From the human T2T-CHM13v2.0 reference genome, Homo sapiens, in the NCBI RefSeq assembly GCF_009914755.1, contig NC_060927.1: a DNA stretch of 64,000 nucleotides. One strand, given 5' to 3'. Of the stretch, positions 42,877-56,834 are shown one piece after another; the stretch's first letter is position 1, and each line of letters starts with the position of its first letter. The translations under genes were made by a program, and so were the position numbers. A model generated the notes under the pieces. That model did not search any database. It was not told the origin of the DNA and was given only the letters and a program-made list of their open reading frames with translations.

Positions 42877-45075
42877 GTCCCCAAAGGCAATACGTTAATT
42901 GCCTTAAGGTTACATACTCCTGAACATAAAATTTGAGAGTAAATGATTATTTAAATGCAAAATTTTAAAAAGACTTTTAAATTTCTTGTTTTCATTTACT
43001 GTTTGAGATATTCTAGAATTAGCATTTTTATGTACTCAAAACATTCTAAATTAATACATTTTTAGTTTCTAACCATTTTAAAAATACATGTAAAGTAAAA
43101 GCTGTGTATATTAGTTAAATGCAGAGTAGCTTGTTTTCCCCTTTGCACAGTTTTAGTAAAAATTATATATCACAGGTGCCTTAATTGGAAAGCCGAACAA
43201 TTTTGACATAAACATTGTGCAAAACATCCCTGGGACTTAACATAATTTTATTTATTTAATTCTTTTTTATAAAATAAAATTCAAATTTTAGACATTTCTT
43301 TCTAGTGAATTTATTATTCTGGGGGAGAAATATGTTATACCAATATAATTTACAGTGTTTAGAAAGAAACACTTTTTATGTCTCCATAATTCAATCTAAA
43401 ATTTATTATTTCAAAAGCAGATATTTTTGTAAGCAAAGCATTTGTAGAATGTATCTAATTGCCAAGGTAAGATAATTACAATACAATAAAAAGTAAGAAA
43501 ATGATTTAAAGGTCATCCAGAACATCTCAAAGGAGCTAAGAACTTTACAGGTTTTTCCCACTCCCAACTGAAATCAATCTCTAATTGATTCACACACTTG
43601 TGTGCAGTTGATAGGAAACAGTCATTCCTATCTCTATTTTGTAAATGACAATCCTGTCTTTTTTTTGCTTTTATCCTTCTGAACAAACTATATGAGAATC
43701 CACTATATAATTTAGACCATAACTTGCATCGTATTTTTATTTTAAATATGTACATTTACAGTGAGTAATTGTATTATTATCTGATTATGAATTTTCCTAC
43801 AGATAATTCTAGCTGAATTTGGTTTTGTTATTTTTTTATGTCTTACATGCAACCTAAATGATTACCATATCCCACCTCAACTTAATAATTTTGGAAAGAG
43901 AGTCTCAAAGGGATGTGGGTTCTGTCTACTGGAAATGTGTATTCCAAACCTTCTGCTCTCTACAAGAGGTCACTGGTAACTCTATTGTTTATCATGGCAC
44001 TGACACAGAGACTAAAGTCCCATTAGGCTCAATGTCGCTACTTACACAAGAGTAAGTTGAAGAAGAAAAGACAAAGCATGCTACATGTCCTTTTATGACT
44101 ATGTTTCTTACTTCGAGCATATAAGCTCATTCAAGTATTCAAATTCTACATGTAACACTTAGTTCAAAGGAGAAAAATAATAAACAGTATGTACTAAATG
44201 TAAGGTGTCATTGGGGAAAAATTGTGAGGTGTCCACCCTACCATTATAGTTTAAGGTAAACACCCTCAAAGAGTAAAAACCTTACAAAAGTTATTATACT
44301 GGGTCACTTCGTGGATTTTAACCTTCTAACCTGGTCCCAGACTCTGCAATTGTCTGCAAAGGTATGTTTTTCTTTAACCTAACTGTTACATTCCATATTC
44401 ATAAGCATTAGTCTTGATCTAGGATCTATCATCCGGAAAGGTAGAGAGTAATTATTCCCTAAAAATTTGATCCAAATCTTCCAGGTGGAGACCAAATATT
44501 CCACAAAAACAAGTTTGCCATCTTTAGAACAAATATCTCCAAAAACTGTTGGGAGAGCAAGGAAGAGTGAAGGAAACTATGGCACTGCATGTTTTGCAGA
44601 AAGGTTCCAACTGTGCCCTATGAGTCAGAGTGGATCCATAGTAACAGGAATTCCAAGATTTATTTCCTTTGGGTTCATTCCAGCAGGCTGATTTGTAGCT
44701 ATATTTCATTATTTTTTATTGTTCAGCCAAGTAACTTTGCACACACATACACACAAACACACACTCACTTGTGCAGACATTCATGAGTCTCTCAGTAATA
44801 TTACAGTTTAAACTATAAGGAAAGCCATAAATTTTTTTTATAAGTGGGTTATAACTTACCATACTCATGATGGAGTTAATTTTTCACATGGTATCCACAC
44901 CAATAGATGTCTATGGATTAATTGTATGTCTTCCAACAACTGTTCAAAATCTTAGCATTTCTCTCTACCCATTTTTCTTCCTTCATACAACATAGTCATT
45001 ACTAAAAATATAACTTGTGTTTAATGTTAATGTTAAAGTTGATATTGTAAATTTATTTTTAAAATTATAAATACT

Positions 45076-45378
<303 letters not shown>

Positions 45379-45504
45379 TTATGTGTACTAACTGATGACA
45401 ATAACTAAATTGAAAAATGAGAAAGGTTTTCTTAATTTATTCAATAGTTACCTTCTTTACCAACAGGAGGGATATTTGTTAATTCTAACACAATGCTAGC
45501 ACGT

Positions 45505-48500
45505 CTTCAGAGGGAAGCCATTGAGACTGGGTGGAGGGAAGAAACAGAGACTAGGCTGAAGGGGGAAGAAGCTGGGGACCCTACATGGGGTTACCATGCA
45601 CTGAGACTTGTTCCTGGATTCCAGTGACTCTCACAGAGGGCATGAGTTGAACAGAAAAGGAGCAACTCATTCTCACCACAGGCCTCTGGAATCCCAAAAG
45701 GAGGAGACCCTTCAACCACTATGGACACTTGAGTTGGCAGGGAAAGCTACTTAAGGAAGTGGTAGGGGCAGAACTCCAGCCAGGTCAGAGCCCAGAGAAT
45801 TTGGTGTGGGAGTGTCTGTGGTGGAGCACAGACAGGGATGCCCATTCTTCTAGGCTTGATTTGCTCCCATAGGAGACTTTATCCCTAGGGAAACTCTCAG
45901 ACCTGAACTCTTCAGGACAGTATTGCCCATCAGACAGGGACAATCTGACATGAGCACCCTTCAGTCTGCTGGTCTCTCTTGGGACCTCAGCCTGGCCATG
46001 TTAGCTTGCAGTGAAGCCCCCAGGTACGTCCTAGGGGCCTGCATCATAAATTAAAAGGCACAGAATGCCAAGCTGGATAAAGAACCAAGACCCAATGGTA
46101 TTCTACCTTCAGGAGACCCATCTCATGTTCAATGACATGAAGAGGCTCAAAATAAATGAATGGAGAAAAATCTACCAATCAAATGGAAAATAGAAAAAAG
46201 CAAGGGTTTCAATTCTAATTTCACACTAAACAGACTTTAAACCAACAAAGGTAAAAAAAGACAAACAAGGGCATTATATAATGGTTAAGGGTTCAATTTA
46301 ACAAGAAGACCAATGATTTTTAACATATATTCACTCAACATAGTGGCATTCAGATTTTACAAAGCAAGTTCTTAGAGACCTTCAAATAGACTTAGACTCC
46401 CACAAAATAATACCGGGAGACTTCAACACCCCACTGACAGCATCAGACAATCATCAAGGCAGAATATTAACAAAGATATTCAAGATCTAATCTCAACACT
46501 GGATCAAATGGATCTGATAGACATCTACAGAATACTCCACCCAAAAACAATAGAATGCACATTCTTCTCATCTGCACATGGTACATATTCTACAATCAAC
46601 CACACGTTTAGACATAAAAAAATCCTCAGGAAATTTTAAAAATGAAATTATACCACCCACACTCTTGGACCACAGCACAATAAAAACAGAATTCAATATG
46701 AAGAAAATCCCTCAAAACCATGCATTTACATCAAAATTAAATGACCGTCTCCTGAATGACTTTCTGGGCAAATAATGGAATTAAGGCAGAAATAAAGAAG
46801 TTATTTGAAACTAATGAGAACAAAGATACAACATACCAAAATCACTGGGACACAGCTAAGGAGTGTTAAGAGGGAAATGTGTAGTACTAAACATCCACAT
46901 CAAAAAGTTAGAAAGAACTCAAATTAGCAATCTAACATCACAACTAAAAGAACTGGAGAAGCATTATTATGTAATGCAAACCAACCCCAAAGCTAACAGA
47001 AGAAAAAGAGATAATAAAAATCAGAGCTGAACTGAAGGAGACTGAGACATGAAAAACCATTCAAAAGATCAATGAAGCCAGGAGCTGTTTTTTTTTTAAA
47101 TTAATGAAATAGACTACTAGTTAGACTAATAAAGAAGAAAAGAGAAAAAAAACAAATAAACAAAATCAGAAATGACAAAGAGGGTATTTCTGACTGCACA
47201 GAAATAAAAATAATCATCACAGATTATAATGAACACCTAAGATTTTTGTCAGAGCTTTTGTTCAGAATGGTATTTTCTAGGTTATATTCCGGTGTTTTTA
47301 TAATTTTAGGATTTACATTTAAGTCTTTAATCCATCTTAAGTTGATTTTTGTGTAGGGTGTAAGGAAGGGGTCCAGTTTCAATCTTCTGCACATGGCTAG
47401 CCAGTTATCCCAGCACATTCATTCAACAGGGAGTCCTTTCACCATTGCTTGTTTTTGACAGCTTTGTCATAGATCAGATGGTTGTATGTGTGTGGCCTGA
47501 CTTCTGGGCTCTCTATTATGTTCCATTGGTCTATGTGTGTGTTTTTGTACCAATACCATCCCGTTTTGGTTACTGTAGCCCTCTTGAAGTCAGGTAGCAT
47601 GATGCCTCTAGCTTTATTCTTTTTGCTTAGGATTGCCTTCACTATTCCAGGTCTTTTTTTGTTCCATACAAATTTTAAAATAGTTTTTTACTAGCTCTGT
47701 AAAGAACATTATTGGTAATTTGATAGGAATAGCATTAAATCTATAAATTGCTTTGGGCAGTATGGCCATTTCAACAATATTGATTATTCCAACCCATGAG
47801 TATGGAATGTTTTTCCATTTGTTTGTGTCATCTCTGATTTCTTTGAGCAGTGTTTTGTAATTCTCATTGTAGATTTGATTATTTTTGTGGCATTTGTGAA
47901 TGGAATTGCATTCCAGATTTGGCTTTTGGCTTGACTGTTGTTGGTGTATAGTAATGCTAGTGATTTTTATATGTTGATTTTGTATCCTGAAATTTGATGA
48001 AGTTGTTTATCAGTTGAAGAAGCTTTTGGACCAATACTATAGAGTTTCCTAGATATAGAATTCTGTTGTCTGCAAACAGGGATACTTTGACTTCCTCTTA
48101 TCTTATTTAGATACCCCTTTATTTCTTTCTCTTGCCTAACTGTTGTGTCCAGAACTTCCAATACTATGTTGAATAGGAATGAGGTGGGAGGACATCCTTG
48201 TCTTGTGCCCATGTTCAAGCGGAATGCTTCCAGCTTTTGTCCATTTAGTATGATGTTGGATTTGTCAAAGATAGCTCTTATTATTTTGAGGTAGTTTCCC
48301 TCAAAACCTAGACTACCTGATCTTCAACAAACCTGATAAAAAACAAGCAATAAGGCAAGAATTCCCTATTCAATAAATGGTGCTGGGAGAACTGGCTAGC
48401 CATATGCAGAAGATTGAAACTGGATCCCTTCCTCACACTATAAGCAAAAATCAACTTAAGAAGGATTAAAGACTTAAATGTAAATCCTAAAATTTAAAAA

Positions 48501-49625
48501 CATTGGAAGATAACCTAGGAAATATCATTCGTGACAAAAGCTCCAACAAAAATATTAGGATGATGATGCTAAAAGCAATTGCAATAAAAACAAAGATTGA
48601 CAGATGGGCCCTAATTAAACTAAAGAGCTTCTGCACATCAAAAGCAACTATCAACAGAATAAACAGAAAACCTACAGAATGAGAGAAATAACTGCAAACT
48701 ACGCATTTGACAAAGGTCTAATATCCAACATCTGTAAGGAATTTAAAGAAATTTACAAGAAAAAAAGCAAACAACCCCATTAAAAAGTGGGCGAGAGACA
48801 TGAACAGACATTTTCCAAAGACACAAATGCAGCCAACCAAGCCTGTGAAAAAGTTCTCAATATCACTGATCATTAGAGAAATGCAAATAAAAACTGTGAG
48901 ATACCATCCCACACTAGTCAAAATGGCTATTACCCAAAAGTCAAAAAATAACAGATGCTGGCAAGATTGTGGAGAAAAGGGAATGCTCATACATTTTTGG
49001 AAGGAGTGCAAATTAGTTCAGTCATTGTGGAAAGCAGTAAGGCAATTCGTCAAAGAGCCAAAAAAGGGACTAAGAATTGACAGCAAACTTGTTACTGTAT
49101 ATATGCCCAAAGTAATATAAATTGTTCTGTATAAAGACACACACATACGTGTATGTTCATTGCAGCACTGTTCAGAATAGCAATGACATGGAATCAACCT
49201 AAATGCCTATCAATGGTAGACTGGATAAATAAAATGTTGTACATATATACCATGGAATACTATGTAGCCATAAAAAGAATGAGATCATGTCCTTTGCAGG
49301 AACATGGATGGAGCTAGAGGCCATTATCCTGAGCAAATTAATGCAGGAACAGAAAACCAAATATCACATTTCTTATTTACAAGTAGGAGCTAAATAATGA
49401 GCATGAACACAAAGAGAGGAACAACAGAGACCTGCCAGAGGGTGGAAGGTGGGAGCAAGGAGAGGAACAGAGAAAATAACTATTGAGTACTAGGCTTCGT
49501 ACCTGGTAATGAAATAATGTGTACAACAAACCCCTGTGACACAGTTTACCTATAAAACAAACCTGTATGGTACCCCTGAATCTAAAATAAAAGTTTGAAA
49601 AAGTAAAATAAAAGTAAAAATAAAA
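45505..49625 (+). mobile_element. Rearranged LINE-1 (older L1PA-type): 5' UTR piece, ORF2-EN, inverted ORF2-RT segment, 3' end
   Basis: GC-richer 5' UTR-like sequence to about 46047; sense ORF2 46048-47238; antisense ORF2 about 47239-48311 (minus ORFs TRQGCP...[14 protein letters not shown]); sense ORF2, 3' UTR and poly(A) 48312-49625. Confidence 0.85.
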
Positions 49626-49879
49626 GCATAAGTGCATATAAATCAATATAGCATAGGTTTAAATCCTGTTTTTCCCACTTACTATTCTGGTCAGATATCC
49701 CATGAAGCAGTGGGTAGGAGGACAGGAAAAAGCTCATACGGCCACTAGAAATACATGTGTGACTAGGTAACCTCATATTCGAAATTCATAGTTTACCCGT
49801 GAGAATTTGATTACTGAAATGGAATAATGATAAATAATACAAAATAAATTAACTATGGAGATGTTACCTTAAAAAAATG

Positions 49880-51433
49880 TTGGGGCTAGGTGCGCAGATT
49901 ATATACAATCATTGCTTCTTCCTCAGCTACTGGGCTTGAGGTTGGCAAAGCCAATGGTTGTGAAGGAATGGTGAACGTAAAGTGAGGCAGGGGGAGCAAA
50001 GAGAAATGGAACCTTCAAGGAGGAGCCGAAAATTGGGTCAGCCTCTCATTGCCTCCTTGCCTTCATCCCTATGTTGCAGATGAACTTCAGGAGAAGCTTT
50101 CCTCACAGAGATAAGCACAGACTTGAACCAGGATCCAAAGAAACTCAAGGAAGGGATGCAACAAAACACGGAGAAATTGAGAGCCTGGCTACTAATGCTG
50201 CAGTGTTGCATGCTCTGGCCAAGGACTTAGAAAAGCTGAAGGAGTATAATCAGTGAGAACTGGAAGAACTCTAAGGTGAGCTGCTTTTTCACAACAACCA
50301 ATAAGCCAGCAGATCAGTGACAATGTGCACAAGCAGTAGAAGCTTCACAGCACCCTGTTCCAACATTCCCAGTATACAAAAATATGGCTGCCCTTTACAT
50401 GCACATTTCAAATTATGCACACAATTTGTTCTGTGGCTAATACTGTATTGGAGCTATGCAGCAAAGCTTATGCCTAGAACATTTCACTACTAATTTAACT
50501 AAGTTGACTTTTTTTTTTTAATCTTTTGGTTTTTGGTCTGCTTTCAGACCACAGCAATCATCAACACAGAAGACTGCTGTTATAAAATGTAGGTGGGTGG
50601 GGTTCTCCTCACCACCAAGCAAGCAATAAATTCTGCAGCGGACATTAACTGGGTGTTCTACAATTCAGTTCCAACACTAGCTAGAGATAGGATCAGATCC
50701 CTCAGATTGAGAGTTCAGTCCTGATGTATGCCCCCCACTAGAGATCTATTACGAGTCCTAGACTCCAGAACTTCTGACCAACCGTCTTCAAGTCAAAGTT
50801 TCCATGACTCCATCTTTGGCTTTCATTAATTTTCTGAAGCAGTTCAAAGAACCCAGAAAAACTCTTACTTTTGTTTACCAGTTTATTTTAAAAGATATTA
50901 CAAAAGATACAGGTGAAAAGATGCACAGGACAAAGTATGAGGGAAGGGGCACCTAGGTTCCCTAAACCTCCTTTGGCAAGTCATCCTCCAGGAACCTCCA
51001 CTTGTTCAGCTCTCCAGAAGTTCTTCAAACCCTGTCCTTTGGGGGTTTTATGGAGGCTTAAATAGGTGTGACTGACAACCATGCAGCCTTTTTGTCCAAT
51101 CACATATAGAGGTGTCCACATGTAGCTGTGTGATTGCATCAAAAGGGCACATGGCTATTACTATGATTTCATCCTATATGTATGGGGCAGGACTGCTCTG
51201 GAATAAGGATCTTTTAAACCAAAAAAAGATTAGAGTCCTATCTTGGCCAAATAAAAGGACAGGAGAATTTCAGAGAGAGAAATTTTGTTTCCTGCGGTCT
51301 GATCTTGAGGCCAAATCACACTGACATTATAATAAAGACTCTAACAAAGGCTGTGGGATTCCAGGAACAGTGGACAAAAACCAATGTATATACATTATCC
51401 TGACATTACATTGATGCATTCCAAGCCCGCCAC
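49880..51433 (-). mobile_element. ERVL-class LTR (LTR41/LTR52-like) interrupted by MER21A
   Basis: Minus strand reads TGTGG...[insertion]...GTCAACTTAGTTAA...GCCACAGAACAAATTG...GGCAGCCATATTT, like recalled LTR41/52 starts; the far boundary is uncertain. Confidence 0.4.
50520..51410 (-). mobile_element. MER21A-like solo LTR
   Basis: CCTCCAGGAACCTCCAC...TTTTATGGAGGCTT...GATTAGAGTCCT...TTTGTTTCCTG; homologous in part to the MER21 at 19958-20802. Confidence 0.72.
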
Positions 51434-51659
51434 AGTTCACACTCTTTCAACATGCCATCTACATACTTTTTAAAACATGGTTAACTTCCAAATAAAGACA
51501 ACAATGAAATCACACTTCTTAAGAACATGTTACAAATGATTTGTTGCATAACCCAAAACAAGGTAACTGTCTTCCCAAAAGAATATTTATAATTCCTTTA
51601 GATATCTTTGGTGGTGTTTATTAAACCAACCTCTCAAGAAAACTGAGCTTTTAAAACTT

Positions 51660-52640
51660 GCTGATAGTCTGGATCCACAAAAATTCAAGATTAGCTTGGA
51701 GAACAAGAAAGAAAGGAAGTGCTAAAAATTCAAAAGGACTATGGCATGTCAAAGGGACCCGGGAGCCACCAGGAAAGAGCTGTCAATGTCCAGAACCATG
51801 ATATTTGAACAACACAATGAAAAATAAAGTATGGGATTATTACCCAAAGTATAAAAATAAATATGTATGTTTTCATACTGTTATAAATGATTGAATGAAT
51901 AAAGAAATGAGAAAGAGGAAACTACTCTTTTTTAAAGAAGAATTCCTATTATAAGTAGATACTATTTCCTCTAGAAACTGAGCTTTAAACTCCCTCACTT
52001 TTTTTTTGTGGTGGACTAGACATAAAGTGAAATATGGAAAGGGTAAAATAGGAACTTTACAGTGGAGAAATATGGCAAATGCCACCTTAAATAAATGATT
52101 AAGGTTAACATCACCAGTGATGTTATACTAATATCATGTGCCCTCTGATAGGATGTAATGACAAGGGCATATCATTTCTGCATCATTCTTTATAAAAAAA
52201 AAACCCATAATCCAGGTACAATCATGACAAAAACATCAGAGAAATTCAAATTGAGAGAAATTCTACAAAATAACTGACCAGTACTCCTATGAGTGTCAAA
52301 GTCATGAAACTTAAGAAAAACTCAGAAATTGTCACAGAACAAAAGAGACTAAGGAGACATGATAGCTAATTGCAGAATAGTATCATGTATTGGACACTGG
52401 AAGAGAAAGGGCATTAGGAGAAAAACTGATACAATCTCAATAAGGCCTAGAATTAATTAATAGTAATACTAATATTTGTTCCTTAGTTTTGACAAATGTA
52501 CCATAGTAAAAAGATAACATTAACTAAATGCTATGTTAATTGAAACTGAAACTTAGTGAGAGATATATGAGAGTTTTCTGTATTATCTTTGAAACCTTTA
52601 AATCTAACATGTTCCCAATAAATATATTATTTTTTAAAAA
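51660..52640 (+). mobile_element. L1MC3-like 3' end
   Basis: AACTTTACAGTGGAGAAA...TTAAGGTTAACATCACCAGTGATG...TTCTACAAAATAACTGACCAGTACTCC, typical of the L1MC3/4 3' UTR. Confidence 0.7.
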
Positions 52641-52644
52641 TAGC

Positions 52645-53382
52645 CACTTTGCAATTCTATTAGGCCAACTACTTTACAGTGACAGAGAACATAAGAAGAC
52701 TAAATGAAACCAATAAGTAGAACCCCATTGCCACAGTGTGTTTGCTATAAAATATGTTCTGTGGTCAGAAGCAATAGTGTGTGAAACATCATGATTGTAA
52801 GAAAGACATTTTAGTGATTTACAGGTGGTGCTTTGGAAAGAAGCATTGTGTGTAAGAAAGGCAAATCTATTTACCTATGTGGAAGGTCAATTCCACGACC
52901 TTCAAAATGTTTCTATGTGATTAATTTGCCACTAGGTTGCACCAGGAATGTGCCATACTGATAGGTCACTGTTGGTCTTTCCTACTAACAGGTTTGACAA
53001 TCAGCAGTGGATCTAACCATATAGGCCTTAGTGATTGCAGATCCATGCTGTTGAATCCAATGTGTACTATAACCCTGTTGAGTTGACAACTTTATTTCTA
53101 AACTTGTTGAGCATAAACATGGTTAACTGGGAAAAGAAGTCTTCTAATAACTATAGCACAGATTGTCCTATACACTTGATTATTAAGATCTTCATTGCTA
53201 AGATTTATATTCAATGAATACGAACATAAGACACAATTATCTGTGTATTTTGTCCTCATTAGAAGAGTTTCATCCACATATCTCTTTCCTCAATTTTCTA
53301 ATAATATTCCTTCCACATTCCTGACCATTCAACCAAACTCATAATCACTGTATATGAGTCAGTGTAAATCTGTACCTCTGGA
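52645..53382 (-). mobile_element. ERVL internal fragment (pol RNase H/integrase remnant)
   Basis: Minus-strand translations PEVQIYTDS, IQQHGSAITKAY..STADCQTC**ERPT..YQYG, HTIASDHRTYF and VGLIE match ERVL RNase H and integrase motifs. Confidence 0.78.
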
Positions 53383-55755
53383 GGTGTCATCCACATGGCT
53401 GACCAGAGTCATCCAGCACTTGCCTTCTCCAAAAAGAAGGACCCAACAGCAAGTAAATAACTACACATTGAATAGAGTATCTAAGAGTGAACATTGGAAT
53501 TCAGAAAAGAAGTGACAAAAGCCCTTTAAAACGTAGAAACTCCAGATGATAACATAGAGAGGGAAGCACACCAGTCAGCCAGGATTGGTTTGGAGCCAAG
53601 AAAGACACCCCACCGTGGAAAAAAAAGTAAAGAGAAAGCCCCAGTATTCTACACTTCCACCACAGATGCCTGAAATCCACATTATAGCAGAGTTTATCAT
53701 CCTTCACAGGCCCTGAGTCCAGTATAAGGAGTTGCCTAGAGTCCATGAGACTGCAATGTTCTAAAGAAATAACTCACACTGAAACCCTCCAGACACACCC
53801 AAGTCCCCCAGCTGCTTCAGTACAGTGTCATTTTGAGAGTGAAGCTACCATCATACTACAGTCTGCCCTGACTTGGGGCCTAAGAGCCCCTGTATCTCCA
53901 CATCCCTGAGGCTCTCCCCATATCCCCTTAGATCCATTCAGAGGGCTGCAGCAACATGACATCAGCTGGACACAAGGGTTTAACCATGTCCATGGCAATG
54001 AGGTTCCCTCATTGGCCTAGATCTCAAGCACATCATTGAGGCTGCCCCTAGGACATAGGAAGTCAAAGGGTGTACTCTGCAAAGTCTGAGAGCCATCTGG
54101 GCCTGCCACTCTTTGTGGCCACATCAGTTCTCTAGTGGTGGATCCAACATGCATCCACAGGTGCCATCTATAGGCCAGCAAACTGGCCCACACAGGTCTA
54201 TGAGCACTGCCTGAGGACCTAAGGACTGGTCACATGGGGGCCCAAGAACCAGTTTGCCTGGGGCCTGCCACCACTGCCACCAAGATGCACGTGTATACAT
54301 GCTATAGCCATCACTTGAGCCTGCACACACCTCCAAAGGACTGAAAAATTGCCTAGCCTTGGGCCCCACTGCTGCCAACACTAGTGCCCATGCATACCAT
54401 CTGAGGGCCCTGAACTGGCTCACACATGACATTTGGGGGCTCAAGGACTGAAGGTTCCTGTGCTTGGCACCCGTGAGCCCAAGAAATCACCTAACTGGGG
54501 ACTACCACCACTATTGCCAGTGCCCACACATACCACCCAGGGGCCTGAGGACTACACCACCTGGCACTGGCTGCCATTACTGCTTTGCCAACCCTCCACA
54601 TCCAGCAGCACAACAAATAGGAGCCCCAAAACTGGTCTCCATGGGGCTCGTTTTTACCACTGCTAGTGCCTGCACACACCCTGTAGAGGCCTGAGTATTA
54701 TCCCACACAGTGTCCCTTTTCTCAGGAAAGCTACACCATGACCTTCACAAACAACCATAGCCTGAGCTACTGAGGAACTTGCATACACAGCCAATGTTGA
54801 CTGTAGCCAAATAAATCATATGAAGACTACACTATTGTGCCCACCCAGACCAAAGCCACAGTACCCTACCCAACCAACACTAAAAATACATCAGCAGAAA
54901 AAAAAGTCTTTACAAAAACTACTCCATAAAAATGAAAGAATAAACTTATACCAGATGTGCAGACATCACTATAGGCACACAAGAAACATTAAAAAGCAAG
55001 GAAACATGACACCTACAAAGAAAGATAATATATTATCCAGTAACAGATTCCCTCAAAAAGGAAATCTACAAAATGTCTGAAAAGGAACTTAAAATAATAA
55101 TCTTAAGGAAACTCAGTAAGTTAAAAGAGACCACACCCAGACAATGCAAATAATAGAAAACCAATTTATGAAATGAGGACAAATTTTTAAGTAACTCATT
55201 CAGACAAAAAGATGAAGAAAAAATAATAAAAATGATGAAAAAAGACCACATGATATTGGAACACCATTAAGAGAACACATATTCAATTTTGGAAGTTCCA
55301 TAAAGAGAAGAGTTGGGAAAAGTGATAGAAAACTTATAATGAAATAATAGTTGAAAAATTCCCAAGTATTTACAAGATACAGGAATTACAAGATCCAAGT
55401 ATTTACAACCAACTGATTTTCAACAAAGGTACCAAGAATGTACATTGCAGAAAGGAGACCCTTTTCATTAATTGGTGCTTGGAAACTTGATATCCACATG
55501 CAGAAGAATGAAACTAATCACTTTGCTCTCATAAAAATCAACTCAAAAAGGGGTATAGTCTTAAATGTAAGACCAAAACTATAAAACTACTTGAGGAAAC
55601 ATAGGATGTATACTTCAGGACATTGGTCTAGGCAAATATTTTATGGGTAAGACTACAAAAGAATAAGCAACAACAGAAAAATAGACAAATGGGAATATAG
55701 CAAACTAAAATGCTTTTGCATAGTAAAGAATCAACAGAGCGAGTAGACAGCCACG
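53383..55755 (+). mobile_element. Old LINE-1 (L1M-type): 5' UTR and ORF1 start joined to late ORF2
   Basis: GC-rich repetitive 5' UTR, ORF1 start region (AAAAAGCAAGGAAACATGACACC), then a jump at about 55400 to CCAACTGATTTTCAACAAAGGTACCAAGAA (late ORF2). Confidence 0.7.
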
Positions 55756-56834
55756 AGGGTCTGAAATTTTATGTGTGTGAGGCATATTCTAAACATAAAT
55801 TTAACTTCTTTAATAGAGAGGTATAGAGGTTATCACATTTTTCTCAAATAAATTTTAATAGTCTGTATTTTGAGGAATTTTTTCATTTAATCCAAATTGT
55901 TGAATTTATTTTAAGAATCAGCTAACCGCATTTTCTTATTATCATTTTAATATGTACAGAATTTGGAATGGTGTCTCCTCTTTCATTCCTAAGAGTGGAA
56001 ATTTGTATTTCCCCTAATGCTTCAATTTGTTTGGTCCACCTCTTTATTGGTGACTCTTTCCATGGGTTTAGCTGTACATATGAGCCAATTTTTGCTTCCC
56101 TCTTCTACAATTTTCTAGAATTCTAGTCAATATGCAGCTGCATCATCTTCAATATTTTGCTTCACAAATTTTAGCTTTCCTGTTTTTTTCTGAACTCTGA
56201 TGTATGTCTCTTCAACTCACCAAGCTTGCCAGACTCTGTTCCCTCTCCCTGTTCTGTGGCCTACGAGCAAATTAGAAAGAAACTCGTCTTATTTTTTTCC
56301 CTTATTTTGCACATCACTATTTTGTGCTATATATTGTCTTATGTATAAAAATATTGCTTTATGTATTTCCCTGTTTTTACATTATTTAAGGCAGTGGGGA
56401 GGGTCCAGTGCCTTATGGCTAAAGGTAGAAACAAAATACACTTCCTTAATCTGAATGACAGGTATCCAACAAAACTTACATTAAACTTACAAGAGATTAA
56501 AATGTATTGTATGTAAAATAAGCTGATTAAAAATGCTCATTACTTTCATTTACCTTTTAACTGGATGGCTCAGCAGTGTGGTGAGATAAGGAAAATAAAC
56601 AATAGAATAAAGATGATAAAGAAATACAAATCTCTTTATTTTCAGATAAAAAGGTTGCTTACATACATGTCTCATAAATTTACAAAGAAATTAATCATAA
56701 ATTGTAACTCAGTAGCCATGATGGATGCATCATCAATATGAAAGCCATCATATTTCTATGTACAAAGAACAGTTAGAATACATACTTCGGGAGCACGTAA
56801 AAAAAAAAAGTGGCTCATTCTACTTTTTCAGCTT

